Sequence record: DRR723986_2326
Direction: 5' to 3' (one strand)
DNA: 59,595 bases
Under the pieces are notes generated by a model. It was not told where the DNA came from. It made no database searches and saw only the letters and a program-made list of their open reading frames with translations. Both the position numbers and the translations under genes were made by a program. Shown in pieces: positions 46,180 to 56,670 of the stretch (position 1 is its first letter; each line of letters opens with the position of its first letter).

Positions 46180-46974
46180 ATGGCGAAATCTGGTGGCACG
46201 GAAACCGCAATCCCAACCAACCTGCGTTTGCTGAGCGTTCTAGAAGTGATGGCACAGGCTGGGGTCCCGGTGACGCCTACGGAAGTGAACCTGAAACTTG
46301 GGTTGCCAAAGCCTACGATCCATCGGTTGTTTGCGACGCTTGAAGCCGAGGGCTTTATTCAGCGTGAAATTGACGGCCGGGGATTTTCACCGGGCCAGCG
46401 GGCGCGCAGTATGTCCAGCGGCATTCTGTCTTCGCTCAGGATCCGCGTCGGGCGGGTTGCCATCTTGACCAAGCTGGCCGAAGAGATTGGCGAAACCTGC
46501 AATATCGCCCTGCCTGACCGCGACGCCATGTTGTACATTGACCGCGTCGAAACCAAATGGCCGCTGCGTATTCAGTTGCCGGTTGGGACGCGGGTTCCGT
46601 TCAATTGCACAGCCAGCGGGAAAATGTATCTCAGCAGTTTGGATCGGCGGCATCTGCAAAGCTATGCAAAGTCGGCCTTGTTGGAGACAAAAACCGACAA
46701 CTCCATTTCAACCGCAACCGCATTGATCGAAGAGGCGCACAAGGTGCGCGAACAGGGCTATGCCACGGATGATGGGGAATTCATGGATGGCATGGTTGCG
46801 GTGGCGGTTCCGATTACGGATGCCTATGGGCGGCTGATGTCCACCTTATCCTTTCATGCGCCAGATCAGCGGTTGCCGATGGCGCTAGCGGTTCAACACG
46901 TTGAAAAACTAAAGGAGGCCGCCCAACAGCTGTCTCATTTGCTGACCCAGCAAGAAGATGCTGGCGCCGAGTAA
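46180..46974 (+). CDS. IclR family regulator
   Basis: LGLPKPTIHRL HTH; GETCNI, CTASGK and AVAVPI motifs; GAGGG RBS before ATG 46180. Confidence 0.92.
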   Translation: MAKSGGTETAIPTNLRLLSVLEVMAQAGVPVTPTEVNLKLGLPKPTIHRLFATLEAEGFIQREIDGRGFSPGQRARSMSSGILSSLRIRVGRVAILTKLAEEIGETCNIALPDRDAMLYIDRVETKWPLRIQLPVGTRVPFNCTASGKMYLSSLDRRHLQSYAKSALLETKTDNSISTATALIEEAHKVREQGYATDDGEFMDGMVAVAVPITDAYGRLMSTLSFHAPDQRLPMALAVQHVEKLKEAAQQLSHLLTQQEDAGAE

Positions 46975-47017
46975 GCTTGGACGCGCGTGCAAGTCGGGCC
47001 CATAACATTTGAGGCTA

Positions 47018-47968
47018 TCACCCCGCCCCGCCTTTGCGCAGTTGACTGGGGCTTAGTCCGAATTCAGCTTTAAAGGCGCGGGTCATCGCGCTGGCGTTGT
47101 CGTACCCGCTGCGAAATGCGATTTCGGTGACTTGCAGGTCGGTGTCTGTGACCAACTTGCGCGCCAGAGTCAGACGCAGGCGGCGATAGACCCCTTGGGG
47201 GGTTAGCCCAAATTCCAACTGCATCCGTGTTTCTAGTGTCTTTTGGGTACACCCGACTTTGCGGGCGATGCCGCCGATGGTCAGGGGCCGTTCCAGATGC
47301 TCTTGCATGACAGTGATTGCCCGGTCCACGGTTCGGCTGCTTGGGCGGGACAGAGAGGCGTGCGATCGTGCGGAATCGCGGGTCATGAACAGTTGCGCCA
47401 CCTCCATCGCCAACACAGGGCCAAGGTGGTCGCCAATCAGGTGCATCACCAGATCAAAGGCGGCCATCGCCCCGGAACATGTAATGCGGTCCCGATCAAT
47501 CACAAAGCGTTCCCGACAGGTATCCACCTCGGGAAAGGTTTCCGCGAATTCGACCAGTTCCTCCCAATGGATCGTGGCGCGATGCCCGTCCAGTAGCCCT
47601 GCCCGCGCCAGCAGCCAGCTGCCTGTGTCCAGCCCAGCAAGGCAGGCGTACCGCTTGGAAGCGCTTTGCAATTGCCGTGTGGTGTCCCATCCATCCAAGC
47701 GGCGAAAGCCGTAAGATGGCATCACCATGAGTGTGGCACCCTGCCCGGTGTTCAAAGGCCCATGTGGTTCAACCCGCATACCGCTCGAGCTTTCGACCGG
47801 GGCCCCGTCCAGTGTGTAAAACCGCCAGGAATAGTGACGATGGCGGGACAGGGTATTAACTGCGCGCAGCGGCTCAATCGTATTTGCCAAGCAATGGTTC
47901 GAGAATTGATCGAACAAAAGGATATCAAAATCATATCCATCACCTTGGTTTTTGGTCAAACTCTGCAT
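47018..47968 (-). CDS. GlxA/GATR-type AraC regulator (CdhR-like)
   Basis: EPLRAVN, DTGSWLLARAGLLDG and ATIHWE DJ-1-like domain; C-terminal AraC HTH. Confidence 0.9.
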   Translation of the reverse strand: MQSLTKNQGDGYDFDILLFDQFSNHCLANTIEPLRAVNTLSRHRHYSWRFYTLDGAPVESSSGMRVEPHGPLNTGQGATLMVMPSYGFRRLDGWDTTRQLQSASKRYACLAGLDTGSWLLARAGLLDGHRATIHWEELVEFAETFPEVDTCRERFVIDRDRITCSGAMAAFDLVMHLIGDHLGPVLAMEVAQLFMTRDSARSHASLSRPSSRTVDRAITVMQEHLERPLTIGGIARKVGCTQKTLETRMQLEFGLTPQGVYRRLRLTLARKLVTDTDLQVTEIAFRSGYDNASAMTRAFKAEFGLSPSQLRKGGAG

Positions 47969-48047
47969 GATTCACATCCAACTCTGCACATCATCAGATA
48001 ACAACCCGCGATTTGATGCGTCAACACGCCACTGAGGAGAGCGCGAC

Positions 48048-49208
48048 ATGCATTTTGGTCTGACCGACGAACAAGAGATGATCGTCTCGACGGTTCGCAG
48101 CTTTGTTGAAAACGAAATCTACCCGCACGAGGCCGAGGTAGAGCGGACGGGCCAGGTGCCTCATGAGCTGGGCCAAGAGATCAAACAGAAGTGTCTTGAT
48201 CTGGGGTTTTATGCCTGCAACTTTCCTGAAGAGGTCGGTGGCGCAGGTCTGAGCCATCAGGATTTCACCCTGGTTGAACGGGAGCTGGGCCGTGGGTCCA
48301 TGGCTTTGACGCACTTCTTTGGCCGTCCGCAAAACATCTTGATGGCGTGCAATGACGAACAGCGCGAACGCTATTTGCTGCCTGCCGTGCGTGGCGAGCG
48401 GATGGATGCGCTTGCGATGACCGAACCGGACGCCGGGTCTGATGTGCGTGGCATGAAATGTCAGGCCACACGCGATGGCGGCGATTGGGTGGTGAATGGC
48501 TCGAAACACTTTATTTCGGGCGCTGAGCACGCGGATTTCTTTATCGTATTCATTGCCACGGGTGTGGATGAGACCCCCAAAGGACCAAAGCGACGGATCA
48601 CGACCTTTTTGGTCGACCGCGGTCATCCGGGGTTTGAGGTGCGCGAAGGGTATAATTCGGTCAGCCACAAAGGCTACAAAAACTATATCCTGACCTTTGA
48701 TGATTGCCGTCTGCCAGATGCGCAGGTTCTGGGCGAGGTTGATGGTGGTTTTGCGGTCATGAATGAATGGCTGTATGCCACGCGCTTGACCGTTGCGGCC
48801 TTTTGCGTTGGCCGCGCGCGGCGCTGCTTTGACTATGCTCTGCAATATGCTGCTGAGCGGAAGCAATTTGGGCAGGCCATTGGCAAGTTTCAGGGCGTGA
48901 GTTTTCAGATTGCCGATATGATCACTGAAATCGATGCCTCTGACTTGCTCACCCTGTCTGCGGCGTGGCGGTTGGATCAGGGCCTGCCGGCAAATCGCGA
49001 AATCGCGTCGGCAAAAGTATATGCATCCGAAACTCTGGCCCGTGTCACCGATACGACATTGCAGATTTTCGGCGGTATGGGGTTGATGGATGATTTCCCA
49101 ATCGAACGGTTCTGGCGCGACGCGCGGGTGGAACGGATTTGGGATGGGACATCAGAAATTCAGCGCCACATCATTTCACGCGACTTGCTGCGCCCATTGG
49201 GGGCCTAA
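48048..49208 (+). CDS. Acyl-CoA dehydrogenase (possible gamma-butyrobetainyl-CoA dehydrogenase)
   Basis: AMTEPDAGSD, NGSKHFIS, RKQFG, QIFGGMG and IWDGTSEIQR motifs. Confidence 0.9.
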   Translation: MHFGLTDEQEMIVSTVRSFVENEIYPHEAEVERTGQVPHELGQEIKQKCLDLGFYACNFPEEVGGAGLSHQDFTLVERELGRGSMALTHFFGRPQNILMACNDEQRERYLLPAVRGERMDALAMTEPDAGSDVRGMKCQATRDGGDWVVNGSKHFISGAEHADFFIVFIATGVDETPKGPKRRITTFLVDRGHPGFEVREGYNSVSHKGYKNYILTFDDCRLPDAQVLGEVDGGFAVMNEWLYATRLTVAAFCVGRARRCFDYALQYAAERKQFGQAIGKFQGVSFQIADMITEIDASDLLTLSAAWRLDQGLPANREIASAKVYASETLARVTDTTLQIFGGMGLMDDFPIERFWRDARVERIWDGTSEIQRHIISRDLLRPLGA

Positions 49209-49279
49209 AATCACGTTTGGGATTTGAAGCGTGGGGTGTCTGATCGACGCCCGTGTTTCCATCCCGATGTCATGAAGTC

Positions 49280-49306
49280 CGCCTCCCCACCCTTGTGCGG
49301 GGGGCG
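49280..49306. repeat. Intergenic GC-rich hairpin (REP-like)
   Basis: CGCCTCCC-CAC-cctt-GTG-c-GGGGGGCG; only one copy seen in this window. Confidence 0.35.
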
Positions 49307-49337
49307 CATCCCTACCCATGCATGAAATGACTAAGAC

Positions 49338-51356
49338 ATGACCCGAGATCTTTCGCGATTACTGCGCCCAAAAACCATTGCCGTCGTGGGCGGTGGGGCG
49401 TGGTGCCAACAGGTGATTTTGCAATCTCAAAATATGGGGTTCCAAGGCGAGGTTTGGGCGGTTCACCCAAAAGCAACCGAGATTGCCGGGCTGCCCGTTT
49501 ATCCGTCGCTAGAGGCCCTGCCCGCGGCCCCTGATGCTGTGTTCATCGGGATCAATCGACACGCGACGGTCGAGACTGTTCGATTACTGTCCGCAATGGG
49601 TGCAGGGGGCGCTGTTTGCTTTGCCTCTGGGTTCGCCGAAGCGTTGGCAGAAGACGAAACCGGGGGGGATTTACAGGCCGAACTGGTTGCCGCAGCCGGG
49701 GACATGCCGATCTTGGGGCCCAATTGCTATGGCTTTGTCAATGCGCTGGATGGGGCGCTGTTGTGGCCCGATCAACACGGGTGTTCGCGGGTCGATAGCG
49801 GCGTTGCGATCCTGACGCAAAGTTCCAATATCTCGATCAATCTGACGATGCAGCAACGGGGTTTGCCAATTGCCTATATGGTAACCTGTGGAAACATGGC
49901 GCAAAGCACGCAGGCTCAGATTGCCTCGGCTTTGATTGATGACCCCCGTGTGACCGCCGTGGGGCTGCATATCGAGGGTTTCAAAGATCTGCGTGATTGG
50001 GAACTGTTGGCCGCCAAGGCCCACGTCAAAGGGGTTCCCCTTGTGGCGATCAAAGTGGGCGCATCGGAACAGGCACAACAGGCGACAATCTCGCACACGG
50101 CCTCGCTCGCGGGGAGTGATGCGGGGGCACAGGCGTTCCTGGACCGTCTTGGCATACCGCGCTTGACTGCCCTGCCCGATCTTTTGGAAACGCTGAAGCT
50201 GTTGCATTGTTACGGCCCTTTGCCGGACACGAAAATCGCATCAATCAGTTGCTCTGGCGGTGAGGCGAGTTTGATTGCAGATATGTCTGTGGGCACCGCG
50301 CTGACATTTCCCGAACTGACCACCCGGCAGCAAACGCAGCTGCGGGGCGCTTTGGGGCCGATGGTCGCCCTGAACAATCCGTTGGATTACCACACCTATG
50401 TCTGGCGAGACGAGGCTGCGATGACGCAAGCGTGGTCAGGCATGACCGGCGATGAAATCGCCATGACCTATTCCATCGTGGACTATCCAACAACAGATGC
50501 GACGGACTGGACCTGCACCACCAACGCGGCCCTGAACGTTCGCAACGAAACCGGGGCACGTTTTGGCGTTGTCGCAAGCCTGCCGGAATTGATGCCACCG
50601 GATGTTGCAGATCAATTGATGGCTGGCGGCGTTGTTCCGATGATGGGGTTGCGCGAAGCCCTTGCCGCGACTGAGGCGGCGGCGTCTGTGCGGGCCCCCA
50701 AAGGCGATCCAGTCTGCCTGCCCGGACAGGCCGACGGCGCGCCAGAAACCTTGAGCGAGGCGGATTCGAAACATGCTCTGTCAGCGCATGGCGTTCCCGT
50801 GCCGCAAAACCGGTCGGTTCAGGGGTGCGCGCAAATCAGTGCTGCGGTTGCAGACTTGCATCCACCCTTTGCCATCAAGGGCGTCGGGCTGGCGCATAAA
50901 TCTGAACATGCGGCTGTCCGACTAAAGGTACTGCCCGACGAGGTCGCACAGGTGGCGGCAGAAATCGGAACGCAAGAGATTTTGATCGAAGAGATGATCA
51001 CCGGCACGGTTGCCGAGCTGTTAATCGGGGTGATCCGCGATCCTGCACACGGGTTTGTTCTGACCTTGGGCGCCGGGGGTGTTCTGACTGAAATCCTGCG
51101 CGATACCACATCCTTGCTGATCCCAGCGCGCCCAGATGACATTCGCTCGGCCCTTAACACCTTGGGCATTGCGCCGCTTTTGGCCGGATACCGGGGTCAA
51201 CCGCCCGCAAATATGGATGCGATCCTTGCCGCGGTGCAGGGTGTTCAATCCTATGTTCTTGAAAACGCCGACACTGTCAGCGAAGTTGAAATCAACCCCC
51301 TTCTGTGCACCGCTGATCGGGCGGTTGCTGTAGATGCCCTTATTAGAAAGGCCTGA
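49338..51356 (+). CDS. ADP-forming acyl-CoA synthetase family (CoA-binding plus ATP-grasp); possible betaine-CoA ligase
   Basis: LLRPKTIAVVG, ILGPNCYG, SHTASLAG (phospho-His), NPLD, HKSE and EINPL motifs. Confidence 0.88.
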   Translation: MTRDLSRLLRPKTIAVVGGGAWCQQVILQSQNMGFQGEVWAVHPKATEIAGLPVYPSLEALPAAPDAVFIGINRHATVETVRLLSAMGAGGAVCFASGFAEALAEDETGGDLQAELVAAAGDMPILGPNCYGFVNALDGALLWPDQHGCSRVDSGVAILTQSSNISINLTMQQRGLPIAYMVTCGNMAQSTQAQIASALIDDPRVTAVGLHIEGFKDLRDWELLAAKAHVKGVPLVAIKVGASEQAQQATISHTASLAGSDAGAQAFLDRLGIPRLTALPDLLETLKLLHCYGPLPDTKIASISCSGGEASLIADMSVGTALTFPELTTRQQTQLRGALGPMVALNNPLDYHTYVWRDEAAMTQAWSGMTGDEIAMTYSIVDYPTTDATDWTCTTNAALNVRNETGARFGVVASLPELMPPDVADQLMAGGVVPMMGLREALAATEAAASVRAPKGDPVCLPGQADGAPETLSEADSKHALSAHGVPVPQNRSVQGCAQISAAVADLHPPFAIKGVGLAHKSEHAAVRLKVLPDEVAQVAAEIGTQEILIEEMITGTVAELLIGVIRDPAHGFVLTLGAGGVLTEILRDTTSLLIPARPDDIRSALNTLGIAPLLAGYRGQPPANMDAILAAVQGVQSYVLENADTVSEVEINPLLCTADRAVAVDALIRKA

Positions 51357-51359
51357 TCC

Positions 51360-52145
51360 ATGTCAGATAGTCCTGTAACAACCCGGCGCGAGGGCGCCAT
51401 TCTTGAAATCACACTGGACCGGCCAAAGGCCAACGCCATTGATCTGGTCACCAGCCGGATCATGGGCAAAGTGTTTCGCGACTTTCGTGACGATCCCGAC
51501 TTGCGTGTCGCGATCCTGACCGGGGGCGGGGACAAGTTCTTTTGCCCCGGCTGGGATCTTAAGGCGGCAGCAGATGGGGATGAAGTTGACGGCGATTATG
51601 GCGTTGGCGGATTTGGCGGTTTGCAGGAACTGCGCGATATGAACAAGCCGGTTATTGCGGCGGTAAACGGCATCGCCTGTGGTGGTGGGTTAGAGCTGAT
51701 GATTTCGGCCGACATGATCATTGCAGCCGAACACGCCACCTTTGCCCTGCCAGAAATCCGCTCTGGCACCGTGGCAGATGCGGCCAGCGTTAAGCTGCCA
51801 AAACGCATTCCCTATCACATCGCGATGGAGCTATTGCTGACAGGCCGTTGGTTTGACGTGCAAGAGGCGAACCGCTGGGGTTTGGTGAATGAGATCGTCC
51901 CTGCCGATCAGTTGATGGATCGCGCATGGGAACAGGCGCGCCTGTTGGCCAGTGGTCCACCGCTGGTGTACGCCGCGATCAAAGAGATCGTGCGCGAGGC
52001 CGAAGATGCCAAGTTTCAGGATGCGATGAACCGCATCACTAAGCGGCAATTGCGGTCTGTTGATGTGCTCTATGACAGCGAAGATCAGCTGGAAGGCGCG
52101 CGCGCATTTTCGGAAAAACGTGATCCTGTCTGGCAGGGTAAATAA
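51360..52145 (+). CDS. caiD: Carnitinyl-CoA dehydratase / crotonobetainyl-CoA hydratase
   Basis: LDRPKANAID, KFFCPGWDLKAAA and DYGVGGFGG motifs typical of CaiD. Confidence 0.85.
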   Translation: MSDSPVTTRREGAILEITLDRPKANAIDLVTSRIMGKVFRDFRDDPDLRVAILTGGGDKFFCPGWDLKAAADGDEVDGDYGVGGFGGLQELRDMNKPVIAAVNGIACGGGLELMISADMIIAAEHATFALPEIRSGTVADAASVKLPKRIPYHIAMELLLTGRWFDVQEANRWGLVNEIVPADQLMDRAWEQARLLASGPPLVYAAIKEIVREAEDAKFQDAMNRITKRQLRSVDVLYDSEDQLEGARAFSEKRDPVWQGK

Positions 52146-52155
52146 CCAAACAAAC

Positions 52156-52187
52156 ACAGGCCGGGCATGTGTATATGCCCGGCTTGT
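52156..52187. terminator. Probable bidirectional terminator between convergent operons
   Basis: ACAGGCCGGGCAT...ATGCCCGGCTTGT long stem. Confidence 0.75.
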
Positions 52188-52203
52188 ATGTTGAGGGTTC
52201 AGA

Positions 52204-53325
52204 CTAGCTCCAAATCTGCGTTGGGCTGCCTATTGCATCGCGGTTGACCTCAATCCCCAGACCCGGTGCGTTCGGGACAAGAACTCCGCCATCGACGACC
52301 GGCGCGTTGAAGCGCGCGGTTTCTAGGGTGACCATGTCACGACAATCCAGAATACACCGCAGATAGCGTTCGGGAACGGTTGCGCCCAGATGCGCGATCC
52401 CGGCAAAAGCGATGTCGGACCCGACGGTGTCCTGCACACTGATGGTCAGGCCTGCGGATCGGCAGATATCGCGATGGCGTCGCCCGCGAGTCAGGCCACC
52501 GGCTTTGGATATTTTCAGACCAATGCCATCGGCAATGTCCTGTGACACGATTTGCGTGATGTCCTGATCTTGCTGAGCCAGCTCATCAATGATGATCGGA
52601 ACGGGGCAGCGCTGACGCAGCGAGAGTGTTTCACGCCAGGACGCACACGGGGCTTCGAGCACGAAATCCAACCCATCTGGCAGCAGGCGCAACATGCGCA
52701 ACGCCGTTTCCGGAATAAGGCCACCGTTGGCATCTACTATGAAGTATTCGCCGGGTTTGCGGTCCGCCAAAGCGGCGGTGATCCGTTCGGCATCCAGTGC
52801 CGGGCCACCCTCAGAATCCAGCGCGCCTATCTTAACCGAATGGCCCATGTATCCCTTTGCCCGATGCGCGGCGACACGGGCGCGCATATCTTCGGGGTCT
52901 CCGGCATAGATGGATGAAATCGTGGGCATACGAAACCCTGTTGCCCCGCCAAGCAACTCACAGACTGGCAAATCTACGGATTTGCCAAAGATATCCCAAC
53001 AGGCAACATCCAGTGCTGTTTTTGCGTGGTTATGCCCAACCAACGCGTCATCCATTGCGTCGTTTATACGATCAACCTGACGTGGATCACGCCCCAACAA
53101 ATGCGGCGCGATTTCTTGTATGCCCGCATGTGCCCCCCGCGCGTGTGCCGCGATGTAAGTGGATCCAAAAGGGGTGCTTTCGCCCCAGCCCTGAAGGCCG
53201 GTATCCGTCGTTATGCACACAATTGCCGCGTCAAAGCTTTGGTATTCCCGCCCCCCGGACAACAGATAGGTCCCGCCGGAATACGGCAGCGCAACATCAT
53301 ACAGCTCGATTGTTTTGATTTTCAT
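52204..53325 (-). CDS. Mandelate racemase/MLE family enolase (HpbD / c3Hyp dehydratase-like paralogue)
   Basis: GWGE, HSVKIG, DANG, EAP, DE, LKISK and PGLG motifs; start at 53325. Confidence 0.88.
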   Translation of the reverse strand: MKIKTIELYDVALPYSGGTYLLSGGREYQSFDAAIVCITTDTGLQGWGESTPFGSTYIAAHARGAHAGIQEIAPHLLGRDPRQVDRINDAMDDALVGHNHAKTALDVACWDIFGKSVDLPVCELLGGATGFRMPTISSIYAGDPEDMRARVAAHRAKGYMGHSVKIGALDSEGGPALDAERITAALADRKPGEYFIVDANGGLIPETALRMLRLLPDGLDFVLEAPCASWRETLSLRQRCPVPIIIDELAQQDQDITQIVSQDIADGIGLKISKAGGLTRGRRHRDICRSAGLTISVQDTVGSDIAFAGIAHLGATVPERYLRCILDCRDMVTLETARFNAPVVDGGVLVPNAPGLGIEVNRDAIGSPTQIWS

Positions 53326-53326
53326 G

Positions 53327-54433
53327 TCACCCTCCGAATGAGGCGACGGGCGCCCCAAAGGTCGTTTCATCGGGCACAATGCCCAGGCCCGTCCCCTGTG
53401 GCACGGCGATGTGCCCGCCCTCTACTGCAACGCCGTTTTCAGGGTCGTAGTGACCGTCGATATAGGAGGCCGCGATCCAGACACCTTCTAACCGATCTGG
53501 GGCCACCGTTGCGCCAATGTGCGTGCAAGCGGCGGCGATTATGTCACCGCCCCAATTGTCATCACAGGTATGGGGCAAATGGTGCGCGGCACAGATATCG
53601 CGAAAACTGCGCATGGGGTGCAAGCCACCAATGCGAGTGACCTTCATGCCAAACCCATCGACCAAACCAGTGCCCACCGCCTGAACAACCGTCGCCAGAT
53701 CAACGGAGTTTTCGTCCATATATAGGGCGTGCCGGATCTGCGGACGGATCTGGCGCAGGTCCTCAATCGAATTGCAGGGCTGTTCCATGATAAAGGGAAT
53801 ATCCCCACATTCACGACTGACCCGCAACGCATCGCGCGTGTTCCATCCACGATTGCCATCCACGGCAAGGCGCGTTGTGGTCCCAACCGTTTCCCACACC
53901 TTGCGGATGGTTTCTATGTCGACCTCTACCGGGCGCCCGCCAACTTTGATCTGAAGGCGCGGATATCCTTCGTCACGTTTTTCGCGGGCCAGTTTGGCAA
54001 TGTCATCGGGCGCACCGACACCTGTTGCATAATAGGATGGCACCCGGTCAGTCAGTGCCCCGCCAAGCAGATCAGCCACCGAAAGCCCCAGATGTTTGCC
54101 AAGCGCATCATGCACCGCAATGTCCAACGCAGCCTTGGCATAGGCGTGGCCGTTCAACAGGGCATCCATCCGCCGATGCAGGATCAGCGGCAAGCAATCC
54201 GTCCCGATCAAATCTGGGGCCATCTGGATCAAAGCCGCCCGTGCGCCGCCTGCAAAAGCTTCGGCATAAGTTGGGCCAACGGGGCAGATCTCACCCCATC
54301 CCACGGTGCCGTTGTCGGTTACAATCTTGACCAATGTCGTGTCCAGCGCCCAAACCTCGGCGTTTGCCATCGTATAGGGGCCGTTCTTGACCGGCAGATC
54401 ATGCTGATAAATATGGATTTCTGCTATTTTCAT
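53327..54433 (-). CDS. hpbD: 4-hydroxyproline betaine 2-epimerase / proline betaine racemase
   Basis: [50 protein letters not shown] and [10 protein letters not shown] closely match HpbD as recalled. Confidence 0.8.
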   Translation of the reverse strand: MKIAEIHIYQHDLPVKNGPYTMANAEVWALDTTLVKIVTDNGTVGWGEICPVGPTYAEAFAGGARAALIQMAPDLIGTDCLPLILHRRMDALLNGHAYAKAALDIAVHDALGKHLGLSVADLLGGALTDRVPSYYATGVGAPDDIAKLAREKRDEGYPRLQIKVGGRPVEVDIETIRKVWETVGTTTRLAVDGNRGWNTRDALRVSRECGDIPFIMEQPCNSIEDLRQIRPQIRHALYMDENSVDLATVVQAVGTGLVDGFGMKVTRIGGLHPMRSFRDICAAHHLPHTCDDNWGGDIIAAACTHIGATVAPDRLEGVWIAASYIDGHYDPENGVAVEGGHIAVPQGTGLGIVPDETTFGAPVASFGG

Positions 54434-55521
54434 GGCGCGACCTCTGGGGGAAGCAAGACAAGCTTTCCTGTGTGTTTCTTGGCTAAAAAATCCTCTTGCG
54501 CGCGGGCGATGTCTTTGAGCGGATAGGTCGCTGACAACGTTGGGCGAATTTCCCCGCGTTCAATGTAGGACACTAAATCTGGAAACACCTCATCCGCTTG
54601 GTAAGTCGAGCCGAACAACGACAGATCCTTGAGGTAAAGCGTACGCACGTCCAGTTCCGTTATCGGGCCAGCAATTGCCCCGGCGGTGGCGTAGCGTCCA
54701 CCCCGGCGCAGGACCTCTAGGAAACTGGGCCATTGTGGGCCTGCCACCAGATCGATCACCACATCCACAGACATGGCCCCAAGGCGAGACACCAGATCCG
54801 CGTTCCGGTCGATCACTTGGTCCGCCCCCAACGCGCGCACGTCGTCAGCTTTAGCAGCCGATGAAATGGCAATGACATGAGCCCCGCGCCGTTTGCACAA
54901 TTGCACCGCAGCCGAGCCCACTCCGCCGGATGCCCCAGAAATCAGCACCCGTTCTGCCCCAACTGATGCACGATGCAGCATGTTTTCCGCTGTGGAATAG
55001 GCACAAGGAACTGATGCCAGCTCAGCATCCGTCCAATCGCAATTGATGGCATGCGTGAATTCTGATCGCGCCACGGTGAACTGGGCAAATCCACCGTCGC
55101 ATTCTGAACCAAAGGTAATGCAGGTAAAGGGATCGCCATCACGCACGGGTTGCAGAGCTTGCACAAGCACCCGTTCCCCTATTCGTGCTGGATCAACATG
55201 TGCCCCAACCGCCGTGATATAGCCGCACACATCCGCGCCCTGAATACGCGGAAAGGTAAGCGGCACTCCGGACCAACTGGCATCGTCGTTATCAACGTTA
55301 TCAAACCCTTCGGCGCCGCCCGTTTCTGTGTCTGCGGTCACCGCCTTGGAATACCAACCGATGCGCGTGTTGATATCTGTGTTGTTGATGCCCGCCGCAG
55401 TTACGCGAATCTGAACCTCTTCCGGACCCGGAGTGGGAACCGGCAGGTCCGAACGGTATTCCAACTTTTCGATACCGCCGTGACCAATCAATTGGACACC
55501 ATGCATTTCAATCGGGGTCAT
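54430..55521 (-). CDS. MDR / zinc-binding alcohol dehydrogenase family oxidoreductase
   Basis: [15 protein letters not shown] and GASGGVG motifs; lacks the canonical catalytic Zn Cys/His (GHE), so QOR-like. Confidence 0.88.
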   Translation of the reverse strand: MTPIEMHGVQLIGHGGIEKLEYRSDLPVPTPGPEEVQIRVTAAGINNTDINTRIGWYSKAVTADTETGGAEGFDNVDNDDASWSGVPLTFPRIQGADVCGYITAVGAHVDPARIGERVLVQALQPVRDGDPFTCITFGSECDGGFAQFTVARSEFTHAINCDWTDAELASVPCAYSTAENMLHRASVGAERVLISGASGGVGSAAVQLCKRRGAHVIAISSAAKADDVRALGADQVIDRNADLVSRLGAMSVDVVIDLVAGPQWPSFLEVLRRGGRYATAGAIAGPITELDVRTLYLKDLSLFGSTYQADEVFPDLVSYIERGEIRPTLSATYPLKDIARAQEDFLAKKHTGKLVLLPPEVAP

Positions 55522-55640
55522 GTCTGCAAGTCCTTGTTTAAAGGGTCTAAATTGTAGGAAAAGTCATTCGGATCACCTGCCGCCGGGTGACCACCACCTT
55601 GGATCGTTTTGGCGCCAAGTCGGGGGGCTTAAGCCAAGGG

Positions 55641-55653
55641 TTAGCAATGGTAA
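55641..55653. promoter_or_regulatory. Putative LysR box
   Basis: TTA-N7-TAA (T-N11-A), overlapping the right arm of a GGGGGCTTA...TAAGCCCCC inverted repeat, upstream of the MDR-hpbD operon. Confidence 0.4.
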
Positions 55654-55661
55654 GCCCCCTG

Positions 55662-56567
55662 TCAAAGGTCATTCTGTTGCACCTCTTTCATGATCCAGTC
55701 TTTGAGGGCGCGCACGCCATCGGCAAGATCTTTGTCGGGATGTCCAACAAGATAGAATTGATGCGGGGCAGGCAACACATGCGGTTGGATCGGGGTCAAC
55801 TTACCTGCATCTATCAATGGGGTGATCAAACGCTGCCACCCCAAAATGAGCCCTGCCCCGTCCTGTGCTGCTTGGAGCGCGACAGAGTATCGATTGACCC
55901 GCGCCCCGGTTGAGATCGGCCCAAGATACCCAAGTTCGCCAAACCATTCGTGCCAGCCCGTCCAATTGGTATCTTCGGATTCGAGATGAATGAGCCGCTG
56001 TCGGGCGATATCCTGCAATGCGCAGCCATCCAGGTCCTGTGCCAACTCGGGACTGGCCACCGGAACCAGTTGGTCGCGATACAGCGGGGTTTGTTCCAGT
56101 GCTGAATGTGGATCACGCCCATAGCGGATAAACAGATCAATGTCTGGGCGTGCATAAAATACACGGTCCTGCGCGACCTGAAACACTTCTTGATCTGGAA
56201 ACTGTCGCCAAAACCGGGTCAAAGTTGGGGATAGCCATTGCGCCGCAACCGCCGTTGTGGACCCAATCGTTACCTCATTCGAAATATTGTGATCGCGGAT
56301 CAAATTCAGGCTTTGTGACACCTTCAGAAACGAGGTCGACAAGGTATCAAACAGGGCCGCGCCATCTGGGGTCAAAACAACTCCACGGTGACCGCGTAGG
56401 AACAGGGGCGTGTTCAGCTCACTTTCCAATGCTTTGATCTGGTGACTGACCGCGCCCGGTGTGACCGACAACTCTTGCGCCGCATCCTTAAAGCTCAGGT
56501 GGCGTGCAGCGGCTTCAAAGGCGCTGAGCGTCGTAAGCGGAGGGAGATTGTAGTATCGTCGCGACAT
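55662..56567 (-). CDS. LysR family regulator (GcvA-like)
   Basis: LPPLTTLSAFEAAARHLSFKDAAQELSVTPGAVSHQIKALE. Confidence 0.93.
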   Translation of the reverse strand: MSRRYYNLPPLTTLSAFEAAARHLSFKDAAQELSVTPGAVSHQIKALESELNTPLFLRGHRGVVLTPDGAALFDTLSTSFLKVSQSLNLIRDHNISNEVTIGSTTAVAAQWLSPTLTRFWRQFPDQEVFQVAQDRVFYARPDIDLFIRYGRDPHSALEQTPLYRDQLVPVASPELAQDLDGCALQDIARQRLIHLESEDTNWTGWHEWFGELGYLGPISTGARVNRYSVALQAAQDGAGLILGWQRLITPLIDAGKLTPIQPHVLPAPHQFYLVGHPDKDLADGVRALKDWIMKEVQQNDL

Positions 56568-56670
56568 GATCAGCTTTGGGTTTTGCCAAATGGGTCGGCA
56601 GAGTTTCTTTGAGACTGAGAATCCTAGTCGCTGTGATCAATCCCGTTAGGACATCGCCGTAGTTTTTCGG

